A DNA stretch of 64,000 nucleotides from an uncultured bacterium (GTDB lineage: Bacteria > Patescibacteriota > Patescibacteriia > Magasanikbacterales > GWA2-37-8): contig CALCZC010000007.1 in assembly GCA_937903605.1 (NCBI GenBank), positions 124,459 to 188,458 of the forward strand. Reading direction: 5' to 3'. The position numbers and the translations under genes are program-made. Positions 29,918-39,919 of this stretch are shown here, one piece after another (position 1 is the stretch's first letter; each line of letters starts with the position of its first letter). The notes under the pieces were generated by a model that was not told the DNA's origin, did not search any database, and saw only the letters and a list, made by a program, of their open reading frames with translations.

Positions 29918-31093
29918 ATGAAAATAGGGATAGATGCGCGCCTATACGGTCCAAAACAGGGCGGCTTAGGACGATATCTACAACAATTGATAGAAGGACT
30001 AGAAAAAACGGATTTGCAAAACGATTACGTAGTTTTTTTGCGTCAAGAAAATTTTTTCGCCTATACACCCGTCAATCCTCGTTTCAAAAAGGCACTGGCC
30101 GATATCCCATGGTATGGCTGGCAAGAGCAAATTTTACTGCCTAGAATTTTGAAAAAAGAAAATTGTGATTTTGTCCATTTTCCCCACTGGAATATCCCTG
30201 TTTTTTATAACAAAAAATTTATAGTCACCATTCACGATCTAATTTTGTTCCATTATCCAAGTCGCCAATCCAGCACCTTGGGACCGTTGAAATATTTTTT
30301 TAAAAATCTCGCCTATAGATTTATTTTGCGTCATGCGGTTAAAAAAGCCACTCAAATAATAACCCCAAGTAATTTTACCAAACAGGATGTAACTAAAAAC
30401 CTACACGTTCCGGAAGAAAAAATCACCGTAACATATCTTGCCCCTGTCTTAAAAAATAATATCCAATATCCAACCTTGCCTACCGGCAGGCAGGTATCCA
30501 ATACTAACAACCAACAAAATAATGATAAAAACCAAAAAATCCTTCAAAAACATGGGATAACCAAAAATTACCTGTTATATGTCGGTGTTGCTTATCCTCA
30601 CAAAAACCTGGAACGTCTGGTTAGAGCTTGGAAAATGTTTGAGAAACAAAACAAAAATTTTCAACTTGTTCTGGTTGGCAAAAAAAATTATTTTTACGAT
30701 CGCTTGATAAATTCCGAAATTTTCAAAAGTTGTAAAGATGTCATTTTTACCGATTTTATTCTTGATGAGAATCTAGTTGATATTTACAAAAACTCCAGCG
30801 CTTATATTTTTCCGTCTTTATACGAAGGTTTCGGACTACCGCCGCTTGAAGCTATGCAATATGGCATCCCGGTTATTTCTTCAAATAAAACCTGTCTCCC
30901 AGAAATTTTGGGAGATGTCGCTTTATATTTTGAGCCGCAAAATGAACAAGATATTTGTTCAAAAATCAATCTTATTTTAACCGATTCAGATACACGCCAA
31001 AAACTTATCAACAACATACCGGATATTTTGTCTAAATATAGCCAAAAAAATACCGCTGAAACTACTTTATCGGTTTATAAAAAAATGGTATAA
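29918..31093 (+). CDS. GT4-family glycosyltransferase carrying an in-frame palindromic-repeat insertion
   Basis: MKIGIDARLYGPKQGGLGRY... and ...SLYEGFGLPPLEAMQYGIPVISSN. The insert YPTLPTGRQVSNTNNQQNNDKNQ is encoded partly by accttgcctaccggcaggcaggt (30473-30495). Confidence 0.8.
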   Translation: MKIGIDARLYGPKQGGLGRYLQQLIEGLEKTDLQNDYVVFLRQENFFAYTPVNPRFKKALADIPWYGWQEQILLPRILKKENCDFVHFPHWNIPVFYNKKFIVTIHDLILFHYPSRQSSTLGPLKYFFKNLAYRFILRHAVKKATQIITPSNFTKQDVTKNLHVPEEKITVTYLAPVLKNNIQYPTLPTGRQVSNTNNQQNNDKNQKILQKHGITKNYLLYVGVAYPHKNLERLVRAWKMFEKQNKNFQLVLVGKKNYFYDRLINSEIFKSCKDVIFTDFILDENLVDIYKNSSAYIFPSLYEGFGLPPLEAMQYGIPVISSNKTCLPEILGDVALYFEPQNEQDICSKINLILTDSDTRQKLINNIPDILSKYSQKNTAETTLSVYKKMV

Positions 31094-31168
31094 TAAATAA
31101 AATAATAAATTCAAAATCACAAATCCCAAATTTTGTGAATTTTTTTCGGATTTCAAAAAATTTTAGTC

Positions 31169-33751
31169 ATGAAAGATAAAAAAAGAATTCAACTTCGACG
31201 TTGCCACTTTTGCAACAAACCCGGACACAACAAAGCCACTTGCCCGGAATTTTTGGCTTTGCAAAAAAATACTAAAACTCAACCTCTTCAAAAAATAGAC
31301 AGAAAAGTTCGCATTTTTTACCATCCACCGGAACAAAAAAATTCCGATACTGTTTCCGTCCATTTACTCAATCTCAAAAAACAAAACAGTTATTGGCAAA
31401 AAACCGAAACCGCTTCTCCTGAAAATATTACTAATGAATGGGAAAAATTTTATGAAGACATAAAAAAAGAGAAACAAATTCCGGTTTATAAACCAGAAGA
31501 AGTGTTTATTTTACCAAAAAAAGAAAGATTGGTAGTGGCGGACAAACAAACAGAGGTGACAGACAAACAAACAAAAGAAAAAAACAAAGAGGAGCTCCTT
31601 AGTTTTGAAAAATTTATTGACGAAATAAAAAAAGAAAATAGTAAAAAATACCTGCAAAAAATACAAAAAATAAAATTACCCAAAAAAGAAACTACAAAAA
31701 AAGAAGTTAGTTATAATTTTCAATCTTTATTCTATTTTCCTTCACTAGAAAAAATAAATTGGCGAAAATCTTTATCCACAGCGATGATTGTTTTGACAAT
31801 TTTGGCCTTGCCTTTACAAACAAAAACTTTTTATAAAAATATTAAAGTTAGTACCGATAAAATAACCGCCAATAGTACCGAAGGATTTATGGCTTTGCAA
31901 GATTCTACCGCTGCTATTATAACTGCTGATTTGCCAAATGCCCAATATTCCATAACCGAAGCTTTAAACAAGTTTAACGAGGCTATCGAAGAAATCCAGG
32001 ATCATAAAATTTTACAAGCTATCGCTAAAAATGTGCCTTTGATTAAAAACGAAGTTCAAAGTCGTCAAAATATAGTCATGGCGGGACAAAAAATAGCTCT
32101 TGGTAACACGTATCTTATAAAAGGAATTACAGAAGCTAACAACACTGAATTATCGCCTTTGGATAGACTTAACACTCTCACAGAACATCTCAAATTTGCC
32201 GTACCCAACTACGAGCAAGCTTTTGATGATCTAGAGGGGGTTGATTTAAAAGTGTTGCCTTTTGAATATCAAGCACCTTTTAAGGATTTTAAATTTATTT
32301 TTAGCGGATTGCTTTATGATCTAAAAAATATTGCTGAGATTAGCCGAAATATCAATGAAATTTTTGGTGGTCACGGATCACGTCGTTATCTTTTAGTTTT
32401 TCAAAACGAAGCGGAATTACGTCCAACCGGCGGTTTTTTGGGTAGTTTCGCCGTTATGGAAATCAAAGATGGTAATATAACAAACTTAGAAATTCCCCCT
32501 GGCGGTTCTTATGATTTACAAGGTCAGCTTTCTGTATTAATCGAACCCCCTACGCCTTTGCTTTTATCCAATAAAAAATGGGAGTTTCAAGACGCTAACT
32601 GGTTCCCCGATTTTAAAACTTCAGCTGAAAAAATGCTTTGGTTTTATCGTCATAGTCGCAACATAACTCTTGATGGGGTTATAGCTATAAACTCTTCTGT
32701 TTTGACTAGGTTATTATCTTTAATCGGACCGATTTCAGACGAACAAAGAAACTTAGTTTTAAATGAAAAAAATATTTTATTTTCTTTACAAAAAGTGGTA
32801 GAGGAGGGAGAAGAAAAAGAACTAAACAAACCAAAACAAATATTATCGGATATTGGACCGCAAATTTTATCGTCTCTATTATCTTTACGTCCGGAAAATA
32901 CTCTACCCTTACTTTTTAACCTCAATGAAGCTTTGACTCAAAAAGAAATTCAGGCTTATTTTACCAGCCCTTCTACCCAAAAGGCTGTAGAATCTTTTAA
33001 TTGGGCGGGTAAAATTATACAAACCCCTGATGATCGAGATTACCTAATGGTTGTAAACACCAATATTCAAGGACAAAAAAGCGATTCTCAAATAAAACAA
33101 AGGATTCAACATCAGGCCCTTGTCCAAGAAGATGGTACGGTGCTCAATAGTGTGACTATCACCAAAACACACGAGGGTCAAGCGGGACAAAAATTTTACG
33201 GTCAAACAAATATTGATTATATCCGTATCTATGTTCCGGAAGGTTCACAGCTGATTTCCGCCCAAGGATTTACTTGGCCGGATGAAAAATATTTCCGCGC
33301 TCCGATCAAAGGCGCGACAAAAGATGAAGATTTGAAAAATATTGAACAGGAAATGGGTTTTGATGAAGCTTCCGGCACTAGAATTACCAATGAATTTGGA
33401 AAAACCGCTTTTGGAAATTGGCTTATCACCGAACCCGGATCTGTAAATACGGTACAATTTATCTACCGTTTACCTTTTCGTGTTTTCTCTCCGGAAAAAA
33501 ATCCAAACAAAAATAATATTTTTACTTCTATCTTAAATTCCGATAAAACTGTTTCTCAATACCAACTATTGGTTCAGAGACAGTCCGGGAGTCGCAGTAC
33601 TTTCGAATCTCAAGTGGTTTATCCGGCCGGTTTTGAATCTGTATGGAGTGATGGTGAAAATAGCAACTTGGCTCTAAATGGACATTTTGTCACGGAATCG
33701 CCGCTAAAAAAGGACAAAATTTGGAGTTTGATAATGGAAAAAAATAATTAA
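31169..33751 (+). CDS. Large membrane protein with an N-terminal CCHC zinc knuckle (CHFCNKPGHNKATC), a Lys/Glu-rich linker, one TM and a ~650-aa extracytoplasmic domain (DUF4012-like?)
   Basis: 860 aa with C-x2-C-x4-H-x4-C at residues 12-25 and TM AMIVLTILALPL. The conserved block is LLVFQNEAELRPTGGFLGSFAVMEIKDGNIT. Confidence 0.65.
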   Translation: MKDKKRIQLRRCHFCNKPGHNKATCPEFLALQKNTKTQPLQKIDRKVRIFYHPPEQKNSDTVSVHLLNLKKQNSYWQKTETASPENITNEWEKFYEDIKKEKQIPVYKPEEVFILPKKERLVVADKQTEVTDKQTKEKNKEELLSFEKFIDEIKKENSKKYLQKIQKIKLPKKETTKKEVSYNFQSLFYFPSLEKINWRKSLSTAMIVLTILALPLQTKTFYKNIKVSTDKITANSTEGFMALQDSTAAIITADLPNAQYSITEALNKFNEAIEEIQDHKILQAIAKNVPLIKNEVQSRQNIVMAGQKIALGNTYLIKGITEANNTELSPLDRLNTLTEHLKFAVPNYEQAFDDLEGVDLKVLPFEYQAPFKDFKFIFSGLLYDLKNIAEISRNINEIFGGHGSRRYLLVFQNEAELRPTGGFLGSFAVMEIKDGNITNLEIPPGGSYDLQGQLSVLIEPPTPLLLSNKKWEFQDANWFPDFKTSAEKMLWFYRHSRNITLDGVIAINSSVLTRLLSLIGPISDEQRNLVLNEKNILFSLQKVVEEGEEKELNKPKQILSDIGPQILSSLLSLRPENTLPLLFNLNEALTQKEIQAYFTSPSTQKAVESFNWAGKIIQTPDDRDYLMVVNTNIQGQKSDSQIKQRIQHQALVQEDGTVLNSVTITKTHEGQAGQKFYGQTNIDYIRIYVPEGSQLISAQGFTWPDEKYFRAPIKGATKDEDLKNIEQEMGFDEASGTRITNEFGKTAFGNWLITEPGSVNTVQFIYRLPFRVFSPEKNPNKNNIFTSILNSDKTVSQYQLLVQRQSGSRSTFESQVVYPAGFESVWSDGENSNLALNGHFVTESPLKKDKIWSLIMEKNN

Positions 33752-33761
33752 ATTTATAATT

Positions 33762-35654
33762 ATGCCGGAGAAAAAAAATATCCTTGCTGCTTCTCGTCCC
33801 CAAAGAAAAAAACCGGATTATTTTGATAAAGAAATAGGTTCAGACAAACAAAAAGAAATAGCGGATAAAATCGCAAAAATTTATACCGACCAAGACGGTA
33901 AAATTCCGGAAATGCATAAAATAAAACTCAAGAACAAAAATCCCCTCCTCCGATTTGCCGTCTTTCTTCTCTTTTTAACTTCTTTGATGGCTTTTTTTTC
34001 TTGGGCTGGATTTCTTTATTTTCCACAAGGAGAAAAATTTTCCGAAGAAAAAATAAGTTTAATTATAGACGGACCTTCGCAAGTACAATTGGGCGGAACT
34101 AGTACTTATAAAATCATAATAAAAAATAACTTAAACGTTCCGTTAGAAAAAATGACGCTTAACACCAATTATCCGGACGGATTTGTCTTTTTACAAAGTG
34201 ATAAACCGGCGCAAAACCTGGGAAATACTGAATGGTCATTGCCGGATTTGGACGGTTTAAGTGAAGCAGAATTGATTATTACCGGAAAAACTTATGGTTC
34301 TTTGGAACAACAAGGCTCTTGGCGAGTTTTTCTTTCTTATCAACCAAGCAGTCTCAATTCCCAAATGCAAAAAATAGCAACCCTAAACACTCAGGTTTCT
34401 TTGACCCCATTTGTTCTCACCGCCAAAACTCCGGAAAAAGTGGCTTATGGTACTGAAACAGAAATTATTTATACTTTGGAAAATAAAAATGGTTATCTAC
34501 CAGAAAAAATGTATTTATCTTTGAAAATGCCGGAAAAGTTTTCTATTACTTCAAGTAGCCCGGCTCTGGATAAAGAAAACCGCTGGATCATAACCCCCAG
34601 CAGTACCGATTATTTCCCAAAAAATTTCAAAGTTAGCGGTCGTTTTACCGGAGAATTGGAAACACAAGAAACAATACAGGCTTTCTTGGAACTACCTATT
34701 TTGGCTGCTCGTCAAACCTATACTATCGGACAAATTGAAAATAAAATTTCTCTTTCAAGAACTGCTTATTTAATGGCTATGGCTGTCAATGGTAGTATAA
34801 GTGACTTAAGTGTTAAACCTGGAGATCCTTTGAACATTACTTTTAATTTTAAAAACGCCGGAAAAGAATCTTTAAAAAATGCTATTATTAAAATGAGGTT
34901 TGATGCCCCTTCTTATAATAAAAGTAGTATTTTGGATTGGTCAGAGCTCTCCGATATATTAGACGGTACCATTGTTGGTAAACAAGTAAGTGATACTATC
35001 CGTAACGGAACCATCACCTGGGATAAAAATAAATTAAAAGACTTAGCTGAAATAAAAACCAATCAAGAAGTGAATATGGATTTACGTCTTCCCATAAAAG
35101 ACAGTGGTAAAATATCACTCTCTGAATTAAAAGAATATGAAATTTCCATTTTGACTGAAATTTCTTTTGTTGATGAAAATAAAAATCAAAAAACTATTGC
35201 CGGTAGTCCTATAAAATTAACTCTTAATTCTGATTTTAGTTTTGAGAAAAGAGTTGTTGTAGCCCAAAACAACAACGGTAAAGATCAGCGAGATTTCACT
35301 TGGATTTTAAAAAATACTTTTCACCCGCTAAAAAATATAGAACTTTCCGCCGAGATCTACGGCGATGTTACTTTAACAACATCTACCATTCCGGCTGGCA
35401 AAATAACTTACGATTCTACAGAAAAAATCATCACTTGGACTATCGATGAAATGCCTGAAAATCTAGATATTTTGGCCTTACCGTTTACTTTGACAGTTAA
35501 CAAAAAGAATCCCACCCAACAAGTTCTTTTGTCTAAAATCAAAATTAAAGCTGAAGACACTGTTACCTCACAATTGATAACTTTCATGGGAAGCGAGACT
35601 CTCCTTTTTGAAGAAAAAATAGAAGAAGAGGAAGAAGATCCTTTTGCCAGATAA
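33762..35654 (+). CDS. Large N-in membrane-anchored surface protein of unknown function (630 aa, beta-rich C-terminal region)
   Basis: Cytoplasmic N-terminal ~60 aa, TM LLRFAVFLLFLTSLMAFFSWAGFLYF, then a long extracytoplasmic region. It starts 11 bp after the previous gene. Confidence 0.6.
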   Translation: MPEKKNILAASRPQRKKPDYFDKEIGSDKQKEIADKIAKIYTDQDGKIPEMHKIKLKNKNPLLRFAVFLLFLTSLMAFFSWAGFLYFPQGEKFSEEKISLIIDGPSQVQLGGTSTYKIIIKNNLNVPLEKMTLNTNYPDGFVFLQSDKPAQNLGNTEWSLPDLDGLSEAELIITGKTYGSLEQQGSWRVFLSYQPSSLNSQMQKIATLNTQVSLTPFVLTAKTPEKVAYGTETEIIYTLENKNGYLPEKMYLSLKMPEKFSITSSSPALDKENRWIITPSSTDYFPKNFKVSGRFTGELETQETIQAFLELPILAARQTYTIGQIENKISLSRTAYLMAMAVNGSISDLSVKPGDPLNITFNFKNAGKESLKNAIIKMRFDAPSYNKSSILDWSELSDILDGTIVGKQVSDTIRNGTITWDKNKLKDLAEIKTNQEVNMDLRLPIKDSGKISLSELKEYEISILTEISFVDENKNQKTIAGSPIKLTLNSDFSFEKRVVVAQNNNGKDQRDFTWILKNTFHPLKNIELSAEIYGDVTLTTSTIPAGKITYDSTEKIITWTIDEMPENLDILALPFTLTVNKKNPTQQVLLSKIKIKAEDTVTSQLITFMGSETLLFEEKIEEEEEDPFAR

Positions 35655-35694
35655 AATAAATAAAAAAACAGACTCGACAACCGAGCCTGTTTTT

Positions 35695-36630
35695 TTATTT
35701 CAAAAATTCGTCTATTTTCTTTTCTGCCTGTTTCTCATTTTCTATCCAAACTATTTTTTCGTCTTTTTTGAACCACGTCATCTGTCGTTTGGCATAATGC
35801 CGAGTATCCATTTGAAGCCATTCTATCGCTTCCTCCAAAGTCATCTTACCCTCAATATAATCACGCATTTGTCTATAACCGATACCACTCATACTGGGCA
35901 ACTCCCAAGAATATTTTTGCGCTAACCTTTTAGCTTCTTGGATTAAACCGGCTTCAATCATTTTTTCACAACGCTTGTTTATTCTTTCGTATAAATTTTC
36001 TTTATCAACTTTTATCCCCAGCTGTAAAACATTAAAAAGAGACTTGCCTTTCTTTTGTTGTTTCAAAAACGATTCTCCGGTACTTAGCACCACTTCAAGC
36101 GCTCGAATAACCCGGCGCGGATTTTGTATGTCTATTTTTTCATAAGTTTCCGGATCAATTTCTTTGAGCATTTTGACCCTTTCCTCCAGACTTTTACTTT
36201 CTAATTCTCTGCGCAAAACCAAATCCGGTTCAACTCTCGGGATTTCCAGATTATCTACAATCGCTTTGATATAAAGACCGGTTCCACCGACCAAAAAAGG
36301 AATTTTTCCTTTTTTGATAATTTCTTTGATTGTTTTTTGAGCTTGATCTTTATAATCGCTGAGTGTAAAATTTTCATCCGGACTTATCATATCCAACAAA
36401 TAATGTTTAACCCCGTCAATAATATATTCATCCGTACTTGTCACTTGTAACTTGTCACTTGTAACTTTCAATGGCTTTGCCGTTGCAATATCCATTTCTT
36501 TATAAATTTGTCGAGAATCGGCATTGACTATTTCACCGTTAAATTTTTTGGCTAATACAATAGCCAAATCAGTTTTACCACTGGCGGTCGGACCGCAAAC
36601 AACGATTAATTTTGGAAGTTTATTTTTCAT
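35695..36630 (-). CDS. miaA: tRNA dimethylallyltransferase, with a small in-frame tandem insertion
   Basis: P-loop VVCGPTASGKTDLAIVLAKKFNGEIVNADSRQIY... The tandem repeat gtcacttgtaacttgtcacttgtaactt (36438-36465) encodes KVTSDKLQVTSTDE. Confidence 0.85.
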   Translation of the reverse strand: MKNKLPKLIVVCGPTASGKTDLAIVLAKKFNGEIVNADSRQIYKEMDIATAKPLKVTSDKLQVTSTDEYIIDGVKHYLLDMISPDENFTLSDYKDQAQKTIKEIIKKGKIPFLVGGTGLYIKAIVDNLEIPRVEPDLVLRRELESKSLEERVKMLKEIDPETYEKIDIQNPRRVIRALEVVLSTGESFLKQQKKGKSLFNVLQLGIKVDKENLYERINKRCEKMIEAGLIQEAKRLAQKYSWELPSMSGIGYRQMRDYIEGKMTLEEAIEWLQMDTRHYAKRQMTWFKKDEKIVWIENEKQAEKKIDEFLK

Positions 36631-36697
36631 AATGATTACATTATACCAATTATATTTTTTTCGTCAAAAAACCGACCCTGTAGAAGGACCGGTTTTG

Positions 36698-37090
36698 TTA
36701 TTCTTTGTAAATACTGCTGAGAAAAATCGCTTCGGCATTGGTTGGGTCTTTTTCTTTGAGCATTTCCCATGCTTGCCGGCGATAATCTTCACAATGGCGG
36801 ATAATGAGCGACAGATTATCTCTGGTAGGAAAATCCATCAATAGGCGTTTGGCCGCTTTTTTACGCATTTCTTTGGGAGAATAACGCAAGATATGACGGA
36901 GCGAAATCTCATCACAATCTTCTCGTGATAAAATTTCTTCCGCCACTCTTCTAAGCTTGAAAATCAACTCATCGGATAAAGCGATCAGTTCATCTATAGA
37001 AAGATCGTTTATCGCGAGATCTCTTATTCGACTTTCAAAAATAGCAAACTTTTTCTTTCCTTTAGTAGCTTTTCTGATGATACTACCCAT
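36698..37090 (-). CDS. Hypothetical helical protein (130 aa)
   Basis: Intact ORF with a downstream hairpin terminator (ccggtccttctacagggtcgg then T-run on the minus strand). It shows a possible weak similarity (IRHCEDYRRQAWEML vs IRSQFYRRGMQNFL) to the 43988 protein. Confidence 0.45.
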   Translation of the reverse strand: MGSIIRKATKGKKKFAIFESRIRDLAINDLSIDELIALSDELIFKLRRVAEEILSREDCDEISLRHILRYSPKEMRKKAAKRLLMDFPTRDNLSLIIRHCEDYRRQAWEMLKEKDPTNAEAIFLSSIYKE

Positions 37091-37221
37091 GTTTTTTCTC
37101 CTTATTGTTTAATGTACTATCAAAACAGTAGCATAAAAAAACACTTTGGTCAACGACGCATCCTTGATTAAAAAGCGTCAAAAGAATATACTAAATTTAT
37201 AATTAATTTATCAAATAACTT

Positions 37222-37857
37222 ATGAGAAAAACATCTTTCTTCGTTTTACTTTTATCCGCATTTTTTATCGCCGGGTGTTTTAGACTAACAGTTGAAAAAC
37301 CCTATCCGCTACCGGGGGTTATAGAACAACAATATTATGAAACCGCGGATTTGAAAATAATCCTTTTGGAACCCTTTACAATAAAAGACGAGAATGGGAC
37401 CGTAACTCTTTCTCATACGGTAGAAACTTTTCTTCATACTGATTTTTGCGATTTCAAGGGCGATTCTCTGCCAACTACTACTTTTCACGACCTTACTATC
37501 AAATTTTCTTTTACTACTCTATCGCTTGATAGAGCTCTGACAAAATTTGGCGGAGAATATCTAAAAGAGTTTGTAAATACCGACGGCACTATAAAAGAAG
37601 AAACAGGATTTTTGGAAAAAACAAAAATCGGAGACCGCGAGGGATATAAACTGACACAAGGAGTTGAAGGGTGTGGCCACGACCAATATTATTTTTCAAC
37701 TGAAAACGGTGTTTTGATAGTTCAAAAAAACTTTGTTCCCGAACTAACCGACCTTAATCCGCAAAAAGAAAAATTTTCTTCTATCCCCGGGGTTATCTTG
37801 CCCGACGAGGCTAATGAATTGTTTGAAAAAACAGTGAGATTTACCGGGGTGAAATAA
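37222..37857 (+). CDS. Hypothetical lipoprotein
   Basis: Signal peptide with lipobox LSAFFIAGC. 211 aa. Confidence 0.6.
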   Translation: MRKTSFFVLLLSAFFIAGCFRLTVEKPYPLPGVIEQQYYETADLKIILLEPFTIKDENGTVTLSHTVETFLHTDFCDFKGDSLPTTTFHDLTIKFSFTTLSLDRALTKFGGEYLKEFVNTDGTIKEETGFLEKTKIGDREGYKLTQGVEGCGHDQYYFSTENGVLIVQKNFVPELTDLNPQKEKFSSIPGVILPDEANELFEKTVRFTGVK

Positions 37858-37882
37858 AAAAGGCCCTTTTCAGGGCCAAAAT
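37855..37882. terminator. Bidirectional terminator
   Basis: aaaaaggcccttttcagggccaaaatc. Confidence 0.7.
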
Positions 37883-38745
37883 CAATATTTATTATAGAAC
37901 TCTTTTAGCTTTGGATGGTATTCTGTTCCACCATTGTATTGAGTTCCACATTTTTGAATATTACTGGGCGACAGGGCCAAACATTCTTCGCTTTTTTTGT
38001 CTTTTTCAAGCCAATAAGCGATAAAAAGTTTAACACTGTTTTTAGGAGACAATATAACATCCCCTTCGCTCAGGCGTAAATTCATCCTGGCTGTAAAACC
38101 CGGATTGCCTTTTCCCATCAGAACATGAAAGTAGGAAAAGGAGTATGCTTTATACTTTTTTTCCCAACGATTTAAAGCATACACACCGAGCTCGCTTTCG
38201 GCCATGGCGTAGGCATAAGCAGATCTTTTAACGTCCTCTTTTGAGACGGTTTTCATAAATCCACTAAACCTTTTGCCATATTTGGGAGTTTTCTTCATTT
38301 CTTCTATGGCTTCATCAGTCTCAGCAAGAAATTTTTCTTTACTAGTAATCCTCTTACTTTTTTCTATCGGAATTGCCAATAAAAAACCCGGGTGTATGAC
38401 AGTGCCTGGGATATTGAATCCAAAAACACCTTGGTACTCCCTATAGTTCAGGTACTCAAACTTTGGGCCACAAGATTTTTTTATCTTGTCGACAATCGTT
38501 GTCAGATTGTCATTGTTCTGAACACGATAGAAAAAAATATCGTGTTTTTTCTCTTTTTTCAGAGAAAATTTTCCATTGCAGTCATGATATTCAAAGATAT
38601 CAATTTCCTTGGCTAATTCTTCATTCTGAATTTCCTCTTCAGCAGCCACCTCTTTTTCTCTTTTTTCTTTCACAACCTTCTGAATCGCAATAACTACCAA
38701 AACGATAGTTACAATGACGACTATTGCTTCAAAGCTTTTTCTCAT
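37882..38745 (-). CDS. Hypothetical N-terminally membrane-anchored protein (287 aa)
   Basis: TM AIVVIVTIVLVVIAI, strong SD (gggaggcgtatcATG) and a canonical promoter at 38792-38820. Confidence 0.6.
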   Translation of the reverse strand: MRKSFEAIVVIVTIVLVVIAIQKVVKEKREKEVAAEEEIQNEELAKEIDIFEYHDCNGKFSLKKEKKHDIFFYRVQNNDNLTTIVDKIKKSCGPKFEYLNYREYQGVFGFNIPGTVIHPGFLLAIPIEKSKRITSKEKFLAETDEAIEEMKKTPKYGKRFSGFMKTVSKEDVKRSAYAYAMAESELGVYALNRWEKKYKAYSFSYFHVLMGKGNPGFTARMNLRLSEGDVILSPKNSVKLFIAYWLEKDKKSEECLALSPSNIQKCGTQYNGGTEYHPKLKEFYNKY

Positions 38746-38791
38746 GATACGCCTCCCTAAGCGTTATGTTATTAATGAACTAAAACGGTAT

Positions 38792-38820
38792 ATTATAACA
38801 TATTTTAACGATTTTGTCAA
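38792..38820 (-). promoter_or_regulatory. Consensus sigma70 promoter cassette (TTGACAAAATCGTTAAAATATGTTATAAT)
   Basis: Nearly identical to the cassette at 39891-39919 and similar to 53604-53632. Confidence 0.65.
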
Positions 38821-38894
38821 TACCCTAATTTGGCTAAAATAAGCAAAAATAAAAAATCCCCGTCCAGGCTTTTTCAAGCTTGAACGGGGGTGTA

Positions 38895-39839
38895 TTAAAA
38901 GAGCGTTGGTAGTGCGTCTACGGCTGGGGTAAACCCCTTTGGCACTGACGGCACATACCGCACTTGGGTTTTCCTCTGTCGGAACCCCTCCTCCAAAGAC
39001 ACCTTGTTTTTCTTTGACAGTTTTACCGGACCATCAAAGTAGTCTTTGGCAGCCTGGACATCCTCTTCTTCAGTAGCCTTCTTCCAACTGTCATTCTCAC
39101 TTAAAAGATATGACAGATAAGAATTAAAGGTTGTTTCAGAAGTCGGGAAAAGTAGTCCCAGATAATTGACCGAACTAGATTGATCATATCTTATGACGGT
39201 ATAAATCTCTTCACTGGTCAGTCCTCTGGAGGGATTTTTCAAACCCACTTTTCCAGCCATTAGTGTGTAGTCCTTATCATCGGTTTTTATCCAAACCGCT
39301 TTTAAACCCCACACCGGCAGTCTGGAAACTTTTCCCTCTGCCACAACAACAAGGGTCATATACAGATCTTCTCCGGATGGAGATGCCCAATTCGGAATCT
39401 TTTCCGGTATGTTTTGGGTCTCGGTATATTCCCGGAGCCACATACCATGAAGCAAAGCCGTGTCTTTATATATCAAGACATCGTCTTTGTAAAACTCCGA
39501 TCTTCCTTGACCGGGGAAATTCACGAGTCGTTCACCAAAAATTTCCTTTTCGGTTACCGTCTCCGTGACTGAGCATTTTTCTTCATCAAAAGACATGGTG
39601 TGTCTCTCAAATCCGATTTTCTGCCCATCTACCCCGTTGATGATCTTCGTATAAACAGCCGATTGAGTGTCGACTTTTTTTACGAAGCCATCCTTGTCAG
39701 GAAGCTTGGTGACGATGTCACAGGTTTCCTGGACCACAACCACTTCTTCCTCAGCACCGTCGCTGAAAATGAAGTAAAGGGAAACAAGAATCAGCGCTAT
39801 CGCAACTACGATAAGCGCGCTTTTGGAATGCTTTTTCAT
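38895..39839 (-). CDS. Hypothetical N-terminally membrane-anchored protein (about 314 aa)
   Basis: The start is set at MKKHSK (ATG 39839), which is preceded by SD taggagggcaatcATG. The ORF-track start at 39884 would sit at or before the predicted transcription start. Confidence 0.55.
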   Translation of the reverse strand: MKKHSKSALIVVAIALILVSLYFIFSDGAEEEVVVVQETCDIVTKLPDKDGFVKKVDTQSAVYTKIINGVDGQKIGFERHTMSFDEEKCSVTETVTEKEIFGERLVNFPGQGRSEFYKDDVLIYKDTALLHGMWLREYTETQNIPEKIPNWASPSGEDLYMTLVVVAEGKVSRLPVWGLKAVWIKTDDKDYTLMAGKVGLKNPSRGLTSEEIYTVIRYDQSSSVNYLGLLFPTSETTFNSYLSYLLSENDSWKKATEEEDVQAAKDYFDGPVKLSKKNKVSLEEGFRQRKTQVRYVPSVPKGFTPAVDALPTLF

Positions 39840-39890
39840 GATTGCCCTCCTATAGGCAAAGTTAATAAATTTCCAAGGAACCAACGAAGC

Positions 39891-39919
39891 ATTATATCAT
39901 ATTTTAATGATTTTGTCAA
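39891..39919 (-). promoter_or_regulatory. Consensus sigma70 promoter cassette (TTGACAAAATCATTAAAATATGATATAAT)
   Basis: Minus strand reads ttgacaaaatcattaaaatatgatataat. Confidence 0.65.
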
